Of a DNA stretch of 64,000 nucleotides, positions 33,043-43,409 are shown piece by piece. The DNA is taken from contig JBEUKZ010000127.1 in the NCBI GenBank assembly GCA_048128005.1, forward strand, positions 62,001 to 126,000, written 5' to 3'. The first letter of the stretch is position 1. The number at the start of each line of letters is the position of its first letter. The stretch is from Veleropilina oligotropha. Its lineage: Eukaryota. A model generated the notes under the pieces. That model had not been told where the DNA came from, ran no database searches, and saw nothing but the letters and a program-made list of their open reading frames with translations. The position numbers and the translations under genes are program-made.

Positions 33043-33231
33043 ATGCCGCAGGAAGACATTCCTACGCTGTACAGCGAACGGAGCTTCAGGCGCGTTAAAA
33101 ACCTCTTAAACCGGGGCTATAACGTTTTGATCGTTGTACTCGACAATGGTGAACAAGCGATATATAAGAAGAAGACCAAAGACGGTAGAAAGGGAGTTGC
33201 ACGAAATCAAACGCTGGCGGGCCCTCAGTGA
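33043..33231 (+). CDS. Small basic terminal ORF (62 aa)
   Basis: Same upstream sequence and MPQ(E/K)D(I/V)P start as 55306 in copy 2, then unrelated sequence. Confidence 0.5.
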   Translation: MPQEDIPTLYSERSFRRVKNLLNRGYNVLIVVLDNGEQAIYKKKTKDGRKGVARNQTLAGPQ

Positions 33232-33369
33232 TGTCCTGTAGCCTTCGCCGGGCTGCTATTTTGCCATTCTAAAAAGTCCAATCACCACCCCTGCTCACTA
33301 TTCTAAGCTACCCTAGTTTGTACACACGGTGACTTTTTGTAATACACGATATACCCTGGGGTCTGAAAG

Positions 33370-33606
33370 GGTGCTGGGAGCCTCCACGGCGGCCGCCCCG
33401 CCCCTAGTCTATACCCCCTAGTTCCCACCAGTACAACCCTATCAGTTCTGAAATGGTGCTGGGAGCCGTATTTTCCCATTCTAAAAAGTACACTCACCCC
33501 CCCTGCTGCTGAGTTGAGATCCATATTAATTCTGAAAAGGTGCTGGGAGCCTTAATTTCCCTCGCCGCGCCCCCACATAAAAGGTATGGTCACCCCCCCT
33601 GCTGCT
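33370..33606 (-). repeat. Right TIR of copy 1
   Basis: Reverse complement of 17625-17861. Confidence 0.95.
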
Positions 33607-33759
33607 ACATTACATAACTAATTGTAAATAAAGGTAATTTTGAGCCCTACATTGGTGCGTATGTATGTGTGATTACTGTGGGGGTTGAAGACATTTTTTC
33701 AAATATAAATCAAATTATGCTATCAATGGTCCGCCTGATAGGCGGCGGGGGACAAAAAA

Positions 33760-36700
33760 TATGGCAACACCACACCCACTAAAACGCCGGAAAAATCAAC
33801 CAATATTTGATTCTGATGATGATAATGCTTTTATAAGAAATGTTCATTTCATACCTTATACAATCGAGTCTTTTGAAGAAGATGCACATTTTAGACCGAC
33901 TTTACCGACAACCAATGTTGATAGCTGGACACGTTTCTTGACGGTGAATCTCTAACAGATAAAGACATTACGACGTTGATCACGTTCGCCATAGCCACGG
34001 CCATTCTTGGCCTGGCGGGCAAACCGAAGAACGCCAAGAAACTCCGAGATGGCAAACTACTGGTTGAATGTACCAGAAAGAGTCATGCTGAGAATCTACT
34101 GAGAACAAAGACATTCGTTAATATTCCAGTAGAAATCCCCCTCATCGGTCCTTGAATTCTTCCAAGGGGGAATACGATCTAGGGATCTGCAGGGATGCAG
34201 TGACCTAGAATTACTGGAAGGTATGGAGGGTCATGGAGTAAGTAAGGTTACACGTCTGACAATATCCCAGGATGGAAAGAGAGTGCCAATAAATATCATC
34301 ATCTTGGACTTCTCAAATCACTCAAAGATGGATACATCAACATCCCTGTAGACCACTACACACCTAACCCATTGCGATGTTTCTAATGCCAGGCATTTGG
34401 ACACCACAAAGATCGATCTAAGAGGAACTCAGCATGTGCCCGATATGGGAAAGAGGGGCATGACTCGGACTCTTGGTCCAAACCCCCACTTCGGGTAGAT
34501 CATATGCTGAAATTGCCGCAGCAACGGAACAGAGACCAGTCACTAGAACCTCCTCCACACAAACAAACACCACCTGGTCATTTGACGAACCATGCTTCAG
34601 AATTTTGCCATATCGTTCCAAATCATGATGATCATCATCATAATCCACTCAGACAAAGCCTACATCAACGAAACACGCAACGATTAATCCTACAAAGGAG
34701 ACTGCTGCTGTCCACAAACCAGAAGTCTAAAAAACAAGCAAAACAAGATAGACAAAAACCGGAGAGACAGCCCAAACGGTCACAGGACCCAATTAATTTG
34801 CACAATCGCTTTGACCATCTGACGGATACCATCGAACCATCAGATGACCAAAGCTATCCTGACACTATCATCAAGTACCTTCCAGCTGACATAGTTGCTG
34901 CTGCTATCGAGAAGGGAAGGAAGGCAGCAGCAGCCAAAGAAAAGCTTAAACGACAGACAAAGGTGGTGGACGATCCACCCAATCCGCCACCGTCTGTAGA
35001 GAATCCAATGGATGACAACCAGCCATTGGATCGGCCATCAGCAAAGCCAAAACCTAACATAAAACCTGTACTTCCAACAAATAAATAGTGACAAAAAGGA
35101 AATGAAAGGATCGATGCTTAATATCCTGTATATTTCCAACCATCATTTGATTCAAAGCAGGACATGCCCGTATTATCGCGGGATGAAAGCCCGGTCGCCC
35201 GGGTAAACCCACCATCTCCGACCAATTACGGACAACTGTTATTCATAATTTGAACAAATGTGTGCTGCCCCTGCCGAGGTTTGAACCCACTACTGTTCGC
35301 GTCAGCGGAATCAAGTCACTGTACCGTCGAAGCGGCAAGTTGTGACAAACAATGCATACAACATTGCAAACAAAGTACATAACACACCATTAAACCAACA
35401 TCATTGCAGGCACGTGCACATTACTACAATGGAATTGTAGATGCATTAAACCTGCTATCAATGAGATCAATATATTAATTCATGATCATAAACCAATAGC
35501 ATTTTGCCTTATTGAAACTTACATGAAACTCAGACACAGACAACATACATATCAAAGACCACTCACTATACAATCACATTACTTACCACCTAGTGCAAAC
35601 TTACGTTCTACTGATCTTGACGATATCATCAGTCAACTATCGACCCCACTAATAGTGTACTGTGTGGCGACTTTAACGCCCACAGTACCGATTGGGGCGG
35701 TACTGACACTGATAAACGGGTGCATCAAATAGAGGACTTTATTCGGAGACACAATTTGTGTATATTTAACACTAATAAGTCGCCAACATACATGCATCCA
35801 CCTACAGACTCACTTACCGCCATTGACCTTATCATGTGCGATCCATTTGTTTCCTGGATTATAGTCGGTAAAGACCTTTGCGGAAGCGATTACTTTCCAA
35901 TTTTCCTGGAAAGCACAATTAACAAAGCACAAACATACACTGAGAGGTGGAAACTCGCAAAGCAGATTGGCATAAATTCCAATCTCTTTGCGAAGGGCAA
36001 TTACACCCAGACCACTTTAAAAATGACGATGACCCAATATAAAGTTTCTCTACAACACTACACGACATTGCAACACTCTCAATTCCAAAGATCTGTCCAA
36101 ACGCAAAACACAAAAATAAACCTTGGTTTAATGAAGACTGCAGGCAAGCAATCAAGGCACGCCTACATGCAATTACAACATTTAAACAGCACCCAACATT
36201 ACAAAATCTTAATAGCTATAGAATATTAAGAGCAAAAGCCAGACGTACCATCAAGCAAAGCAAAAGGGAATCATGGCGTTCCTATGTTACCAAACTAATC
36301 TCTCGTTCCACTATTAAAAAAACATGGTATATGATCCGTAAAATCAACGGCAAGCATACACCCAGCTGCATCAAACACCATAAAACAAACACATCAGATG
36401 CTACCACAGCCAAAGACATTGCAAATACTGGCAGATACCTTATCTGCCAATCCACGATCAGATAACTGCACACCAAAATTTACCTAAGGAAAAAATAAGG
36501 CACAATTTTAGATCAAACAATTCTGAATCTTACAACCAACCATTTTCGCACAAGGAACTCACTAAACAAGGCACATGACATATCAGCTGGTCCTGACGAT
36601 ATACACTATCAATTATTAAAACACTTACCTGAATCATCAGTTACAACTCTACTTGCATTATTCAATACTGTCTGGGAAACGAGAATATTCCCCGCCTCAT

Positions 36701-36910
36701 GGAGGGAAGCTACCGTTATCCCCATTCCAAAGGCACCGAAGGACCCAACGCATGCAAACAGTTATCGACCCATAGCCTTGCAAAACATCATGGAACGGAT
36801 GATAAACAAGAGATTAGTTTGGTACCTGGATTCCAATAACCTATTAACATAAGTACAAAGCGGATTCCGTCGCAACAGGAGCACCACTGACCACCTGGTC
36901 CGTCGGGAAA
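33760..36910 (+). pseudogene. Decayed I/Nimb-like LINE (ORF1 and APE-RT remnants)
   Basis: Fragments KLRDGKLLVEC (ORF1-like), LQWNCR (APE), AGPDDIHYQLLKHLP, WREATVIPIPK, YRPIAL and QSGFRRNRSTTDHLVR, with many stops and frameshifts. Confidence 0.8.
35095..35336 (-). mobile_element. tRNA-derived SINE copy inserted in the decayed LINE
   Basis: Same family blocks as the other copies. Confidence 0.7.
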
Positions 36911-37240
36911 TTTGTGTTCGTGGGGTATTCTTAAACAAGCAACATCTCGATGGCAAATTGGCAATATATTTATCAGATTTGAACAAACGATTATAGCAAA
37001 ATTTCCAGCAAAAGCCCTCCCCCCCAACCACTTTGAAATCTCCCCCAATTTTACATTTGATCTCCAGCGAGCACCTTGTCATAGGTTAACACCTATGGAA
37101 TATCAATCCATTTCCATCGGACCATGTCTGTAATTTATTTAGGCCATGTTGTAACGGACGTTCTATACTATTCATACTTGTTCGCAAATGCCAAAAAATA
37201 ATGAACAGTCAGTGCCAGTACTAATACATTTGACAATACT

Positions 37241-37462
37241 TTATTTTAATACTGAATAGGGTGACTGATAAAATACTTCCTTGAGGGACACCCATATCCT
37301 GGTCATGGAAATCGGAAAGGTGTCACTCACCTTCATTTTAAGAATTCGGTCCTCAAGGAATTTTGAAATAAAAGTGGGCAAGTGGCCCTTGAATTTCATA
37401 TCAAACAAATCTTTCATAATCCCGTACTTCCAAGTAGTGTAGGCCTTGTCTAGATAGAAATA
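37241..37462 (-). pseudogene. Inverted RT fragment of the decayed LINE
   Basis: FYLDKAYTTWKYGIMKDL... then, after a frameshift, GVPQGSILS. These motifs follow those at ~36900 in RT order but lie on the opposite strand. Confidence 0.7.
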
Positions 37463-37817
37463 AACAAGAGTGCCCCTTGTGCCGTCGTGGCTCAGTGGGC
37501 TCTGGTCACAGAGTCCCGGATTCGCTCCTGAGCTCGGTGAATTCAATTGGGCCAGGAAATAACCACATATTTGCCTCGGTCCACCCAGCTGATCTGAATG
37601 GGTATCTGGTAGGCAGTTACGTAAGTCATGGCGCTACCCGCGAGTAAATGACTGTAATTCTCCCAGGGGGAGTTGAGGTGGCATATCGGGTGGAACAGGC
37701 CCATAACCAGAGGTAAAAATGTTCAAGAGACATTAGCCTAATAATGCGCTATATGTGACCGGAATATTCGAACCTACACAAAGAATGCACTGTAGAGGAC
37801 TCGAACCCATCTCTTTG

Positions 37818-39042
37818 TAGAGTTGAGTACCGCGGGAAATCAAGTACCGTGGTATACCGTGGTTTTTACCTCTATACCGCGGTTTGTACAACGATATACC
37901 GCACAGAAAATAATTTTGCTAGTAAAACATTTAGCAATGTCATATACAATGTGTCATATACGTGACACCATTTCAGGTACGTAAACCAAACTTGGCATAT
38001 CAGCAGCATAGATGTTCAAAAATATGATGACACTTGGACGTGGTGAGTTGGTCAAATCACTTGTCACGTGACGTTAAAGTAATACAATAAGTGAATATAG
38101 AATAATTATTTGCAACACAAATAACATCCTTTATTTGAAAAGATATTACAGCTGTGCACCTTAGGGTTTATTGTGAACTTGATCGAGTTATTGTAATTTT
38201 AAGAACTACGGCTTCTACCCCCTAGGAGTACGCATATTTTATAAGCCCACAATGTTATTTGCAATATCTTTGTGTCTGGCTTGCTTTACGACTCCGAATG
38301 ATGATGAGGAATTGATGTTTAACAGTATTTCAGTTATAAATCGGGTCAATTAACTTTGAATGATGAAATGGGTTGCGCTGTATGCAATGGAGGCAGCGAT
38401 CTTGGGAAAATCCAAGACAATCCCGGAAATTGAACCCAGGACCCTTCGTTAGTAGACCAGCACTGTATCCAATTGACCACGCTATTCCCCATGAATTTGA
38501 AAACATATAGCATTGTAGTAAATGTCTTTATTTAATATGCACTAGCCATGTTTATAAATCAAACATCAATGAAATCACTTTATAATGTCTAATTATCGTA
38601 AACACACGCTGTTTATATACGACATCAGTCTGGGGATTCCTCACTAATGGAAATGCAATGTGCTACAGCGCTCCCAATTGCAGAATAAAGACGAAATTTA
38701 CAATGTGACATGTTAAAGAAGACGTACACTATGAGTTGGTAGCTTTTGGTAAGTTTGAGGAATAATTATGTTATTGTAATGTTTGGATCGCTAGACCTTT
38801 TCATAGGCATGATGAAACCTTTTCTTGAGCAATTGCTTTAATGACCGTTTCTAAAACGCGCAGCCATTGACTTCTGGATCCGTGAGCTGCCAACGATGTG
38901 TGATACATGTTTATAGCTACTCGACCTAAACATTTATTAGTCTTATAAAATACCGGTTTAGTATCGGTGCTGGCAGCCGTACCGCGGTAAGTACCGACTT
39001 GCATTGAGAATCGCGGTATACCGGTAAAACCGCGCACCTCTA
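37818..39042. mobile_element. Possible hAT-like MITE
   Basis: TAGAG...CTCTA ends with clustered (T)ACCG/CGGTA subterminal repeats. Degenerate 8-bp flanks tctctttg and cctctatg. Confidence 0.45.
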
Positions 39043-40142
39043 CCTCTATGCGACAGAGCATTGAAGCAAGTGACTTCAGAGGCACACTCATTTCCACTTG
39101 GCTGTTGGTGCAGCTAGCCCCCAAATTAATACTCTGGTAGCCAAATCATTGTACAAAGGAGAGAGGAAGGCAGAATACAAACATACATGGAGTCTTGAAG
39201 AAAGACATGGGTGTGGAGACAACCAGTGAGGAGCTAGCAACCCTCATTTCAGATAGGATTGCCTTCAACCAACAAGATCAGGCCCGTCTGTGGGAATCTG
39301 AGCATATGTGGCGCCTGTCTAATTTAACACATTTTAGGTCATATACCAGGACGTCCATATCATGGAGGGAGCACATACCAGTATTAGGTCATATACCTGG
39401 ACGTCCATATTATGGAGGGAGCACATGCAAGTATTAGGTCATATACCAGGACGTCCATATTATGGAGGGAGCACATGCAAGTATTAGGTCATATACCAGG
39501 ACGTCCATATTATGGAGGGAGCACATGCAAGTATTAAGTTATATACCAGGACGTCCATATTATGGAGGGAGCACATACCAGTATTAGGTCATATACCAGG
39601 ACGTCCATATTATGGAGGGAGCACATACCAGTATTAGGTCATATACCAGGACGTCCACATTATAGAGGGAGCACATACAAGTATTAGGTCATATACCAGG
39701 ACGTCCATATTGTGGAGGGAGCACATACAAGTATTAGGTCATATACCAGGACGTCCATATTATGGAGGGAGCACATGCAAGTATTAGGTCATATACCAGG
39801 ACGTCCATATTATGGAGGGAGCACATGCAAGTATTAGGTCATATACCAGGACGTCCATATTATGGAGGGAGCACATGCAAGTATTAGGTCATATACCAGG
39901 ACGTCCATATTATGGAGGGAGCACATATCAGTATTAGGTCATATACCAGGACGTCCATATTATGGAGGGAGCACATGCAAGTATTAGGTCATATACCAGG
40001 ACGTCCATATTATGGAGGGAGCACATGCAAGTATTAGGTCATATACCAGGACGTCCATATTATGGAGGGAGCCCATGCAAGTATTAGGTCATATACCAGG
40101 ACGTCCACATTATGGAGGGAGCACATACAAGTATTAGGTCAT
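38428..40142 (+). repeat. Copy A of a 1.7-kb near-identical local duplication
   Basis: Matches 56664-58378 at a constant offset of 18,236 bp, including the order of satellite unit variants. Confidence 0.92.
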
Positions 40143-40190
40143 ATACCAGGACGTCCATATTATGGAGGGAGCACATACAAGTACTAGGTC
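39335..40190. repeat. 50-bp tandem satellite, left part, interrupted by virus copy 2
   Basis: Unit gtattaggtcatataccaggacgtccatattatggagggagcacatgcaa, about 17 units. Confidence 0.95.
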
Positions 40191-40375
40191 AGCAGCAGGG
40201 GGGGTGAGTGTACTCTAATAGGGGCAGTTTTTCAGGCATAAAACCAGCAGCAGCAGGGGGGGGGGGTGAGTGTACTCTAATAGGGGCAGTTTTTCAGGCA
40301 TAAAACCAGCAGCAGCAGGGGGGGTGACCATACCTTTTATGTGGGGGCGCGGCGAGGGAAATTAAGGCTCCCAGC
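40191..40375 (+). repeat. Left TIR of copy 2
   Basis: Reverse complement of 55549-55732, differing in the length of one G-run. Confidence 0.95.
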
Positions 40376-41177
40376 CCTATTCCAGAACTCAGGGTATAAG
40401 CTTGTATTACAAAAAGTTACCGTGTGTACAGAGCGTAACGTTATAGCTGTAGTGGAGGCGCCGATATAGTCTATGTGTCAATGGTGTATTCATAGCCCGT
40501 GTAGACTTTATATTGCTGACTCATTGTTACCATGTAGAATTTCCATTTAGAGAATAAACTGTCCAGATGTAAACATCTGGACCAAAACTTTGTAACTGGA
40601 GCGATGACCCGTTTCTGGACAAAATAATTTTAAATGGAGCAGATACTGTTCACTGGGTCAAACCTTTTTTTACTGGGTCACCAAAAGCTATCGACAGCTT
40701 GCAATTTCTGTACTACGTTTGACAAAATCTGTTTTTAGCTGGGTTAACCAGCCAGACAGATAAGCGGCTTGTGAGCTCGGGGAAACAATACGCGGCCGAG
40801 GTATTTTAAATACCCGGATTTGGCATGTCTTGATAATAGAAGAATATCTATTCATACCCGCTGAGAAACTCATTAGGCTATTAGGCGTCTATTGTTTCTT
40901 GTTTTCAATTCATTGCTGGCAGGGGGAATCCCCGAGATCGCGAAGCGAACCATAGACAGCCGGCTGGCCATTGATACATATACTGCGAGGTATTTCATTC
41001 ATAAATCGGACAATGGATCGACCTGAAGCGTATGCGATTCGCCTAATCCAACAATAACTTATTGATGCGAGGTATTTCATTCATAAATCGGACAAAGGTC
41101 GCTGTCGTCGACCTGGAAAATATTTATATAAACAGCTGTGACATATTGTAAGGCAAGAGATTTCCTAAGCAGCTGTT

Positions 41178-41591
41178 TTATATGAATATATAGTTACCCG
41201 ATATTAAAGTACAATTACAGGGTGAGATGTGTCCGACTTTTCTCCACATACCGAAGCAGCCAGATAACATGGAGAAATAATGCCCACGTTTACCGTGACA
41301 TAAGGACGGCTCAGCGCACTCAATACACACAACGATATTAGGATCTGGGCCACAATCGTTCTCTCCATCGGTAATGAAATAGTGACATGACGGTGCCCGC
41401 ACTGGAGGTGGGTCTCGTAGCAAGTTTCTTCGCAAGTGATCGAATCGGGGGTTATACAGGGGGTCGTTGCGGTACCTAGCCCACGTGTGTTCGATAATTA
41501 ATGCAGTGTCACGCGACGACGCTTGGGTGGTACCCCACGCGGCAAAGCACACCGCGGCAATACACAGTAGCATAGATTTCATGGATTTCAT
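41178..41591 (-). CDS. Putative secreted cysteine-rich protein (137 aa)
   Basis: Diverged homolog of 18770-19201 with the signal-like segment and Cys pattern retained. Confidence 0.75.
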   Translation of the reverse strand: MKSMKSMLLCIAAVCFAAWGTTQASSRDTALIIEHTWARYRNDPLYNPRFDHLRRNLLRDPPPVRAPSCHYFITDGENDCGPDPNIVVCIECAEPSLCHGKRGHYFSMLSGCFGMWRKVGHISPCNCTLISGNYIFI

Positions 41592-41673
41592 GGTTGTCCA
41601 GATACCACTGTCGATTTCTAGCTTTAATACGGGGGAGGAGCGGGGTAGTCGTGGCTACGCTCAACCTGGATAG

Positions 41674-42309
41674 TTAGTCGCCAGCTCCGATTTTTTTCAG
41701 CAGCTCTGCGCGACCCTCTAAACGACCACGCTCAATAAGCTCGCTTTGGGTCTGTGAAATCGCGGTGTGCGCCTTCCTACTCTTATCCCGGATTGATGCC
41801 TTCATGGCTTGGTATTTCTCCATCTCCCCTGTGACCAGTTGGAATTCATCATCAGACATCACCCCGTCCGATAATGCCTTTGAGACGTGGTCGGTTATGG
41901 TATTCAGCTTGCTGTCGGCCAGGACTCGAATCTCGTCGTGTTTCTTAGCCTTCACCCCGAGGCGCCGGCTGATATATTTCCCACCCATACTGGCGAGCCC
42001 ACACCCTAATGCCGCTAGTTCCAGCACTAGGACGACCGGGGCGGCTACAATTGTGGAAAGTAGACCAATTCCAGCGCTACCCATACCAAGTGTGGCGACG
42101 ACTAGTCCGTTATCTATACCGTCAACGACGTTAACACCTCGTCGGTACTTTTTATATAGTGCAGCCCGGGCATCCCGTTCTCGCTCTAGCTGTCCCTGAA
42201 GCTCATTCACTTTCTGTAGTCGGAAAGACTGTGCCTCATGCAGTTCCGAAGGCACATCGCCACCAAGCTGTGGGTACAGCGTTGGCGCTGAGGGTTTGTT
42301 GTCCATCAT
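41674..42309 (-). CDS. Viral membrane-associated hydrophobic-hairpin protein
   Basis: Homolog of 19284-19916. ATG at 42309 overlaps the upstream stop as ATGA. Confidence 0.8.
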   Translation of the reverse strand: MMDNKPSAPTLYPQLGGDVPSELHEAQSFRLQKVNELQGQLERERDARAALYKKYRRGVNVVDGIDNGLVVATLGMGSAGIGLLSTIVAAPVVLVLELAALGCGLASMGGKYISRRLGVKAKKHDEIRVLADSKLNTITDHVSKALSDGVMSDDEFQLVTGEMEKYQAMKASIRDKSRKAHTAISQTQSELIERGRLEGRAELLKKIGAGD

Positions 42310-42668
42310 ACGTGGCTGTATTGTTCCGCCTGTTTGTTTAAAATGTCTACTGTAACGTTCAAATACAGAGTGCCGACCCACGGGGCCTTGATGACAAAGG
42401 CGAGGGTTAACTTATCCGAATCCAGGCTGAGTTTACTTATGGAACATGCCTTGGGGCCCCCGGCCGGCTGGACCGGCGTCAGGTGGATCATTAGAAGGGC
42501 TGGGTTCAATCCGAACCGACCTCTAGTGTTTGGAAACATGAACTCCCTCCTCGCCAGCCCCTTATTGGGCGCTACCCCACAATTAAGGACAAAGTGCCAC
42601 CGGGTCGGGGGGGAAGAGGGCTCATCTGCAAGCAGGGGTAGGGGGAGGGTCCCGTAGATGCTGCTCAT
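42306..42668 (-). CDS. Hypothetical beta-rich protein (120 aa)
   Basis: Diverged homolog of 19913-20275. Confidence 0.75.
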   Translation of the reverse strand: MSSIYGTLPLPLLADEPSSPPTRWHFVLNCGVAPNKGLARREFMFPNTRGRFGLNPALLMIHLTPVQPAGGPKACSISKLSLDSDKLTLAFVIKAPWVGTLYLNVTVDILNKQAEQYSHV

Positions 42669-43405
42669 TGTATCGCAAGGACTGCGGTAATGGGCATGCC
42701 GTGATTGTCGATCGGGTTACTGTCTGCGTCTGTGACGTACACCTTCAACTCTGTGATTAGCCCGGCCTGTAGTCGCCGGCCGGCGGGATAGCTATGATAG
42801 TGGCCAGCTTCACCGAACATCTGCGACGTGATAGGGACCACCGCGAGAATAGTGCTCGGGGCGCCGTCCTTCACATTGTGCGTTGTACTAAGCTGCTCCA
42901 GGTGGACGTGCAGGGTTGGCGCTATGGCAAACCCGACAGGCTTATTCCCGTCATAAGTCCCAGGGCGTAGCCACTCGGATCTCTCCGGAGGGGGAGGTGG
43001 TTGGCCCTGTACTCCCCGAACCGGTTGGTTCAGATTCCCTGCTTTATCGAGAATAAACGAAGAGAGGTCTAAGCCGAGGAGTTTTCGTATATCGTCGCTT
43101 ATCGCGAGTCGAGTCCCCTCTGGGACCACGATTCGGGCGAGCCCTGTAGCATGGCTTACATCTAGTTGTAGGTTAACTAGCGACCTCTTCATCGTCTTGG
43201 CGAGGTCATCGAAGCTGTAGAAACCTGGTGCCACGTCGACCGTGGTATCCGGTGTCTTAAAGAAGGCTCCAGCATGTACGTTATGCCATCCGACCCAGTA
43301 GTCGAGCGACTGCAAGCTGACAGTTAAATTGCCTTCCCGGTTATCAATCGGCTCCAGCAGGGCAACCGCGGTCCCCTCTTGAACGTTTGTTAATGTGTGA
43401 AACAT
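42665..43405 (-). CDS. Putative minor capsid protein (penton)
   Basis: Homolog of 20272-21012. Confidence 0.65.
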   Translation of the reverse strand: MFHTLTNVQEGTAVALLEPIDNREGNLTVSLQSLDYWVGWHNVHAGAFFKTPDTTVDVAPGFYSFDDLAKTMKRSLVNLQLDVSHATGLARIVVPEGTRLAISDDIRKLLGLDLSSFILDKAGNLNQPVRGVQGQPPPPPERSEWLRPGTYDGNKPVGFAIAPTLHVHLEQLSTTHNVKDGAPSTILAVVPITSQMFGEAGHYHSYPAGRRLQAGLITELKVYVTDADSNPIDNHGMPITAVLAIQ

Positions 43406-43409
43406 AGCT

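Larger units (their letters stand above)
17625..33606. mobile_element. Polinton/Maverick-like endogenous DNA virus, copy 1 (15,982 bp)
   Basis: AGCAGC...GCTGCT termini, 237-bp TIRs and a 5-bp TSD ACATT (17620-17624, 33607-33611). Encodes integrase, packaging ATPase, capsid-like genes and a PolB-helicase. Visibly more GC-rich than the flanks. Confidence 0.93.

Noticed and set aside
39335..40190. 50-bp array as a CRISPR array or as part of the virus
   Set aside because: It has no spacers, resumes in register after the TSD and recurs at 57571 without the virus, so it is the host target site.
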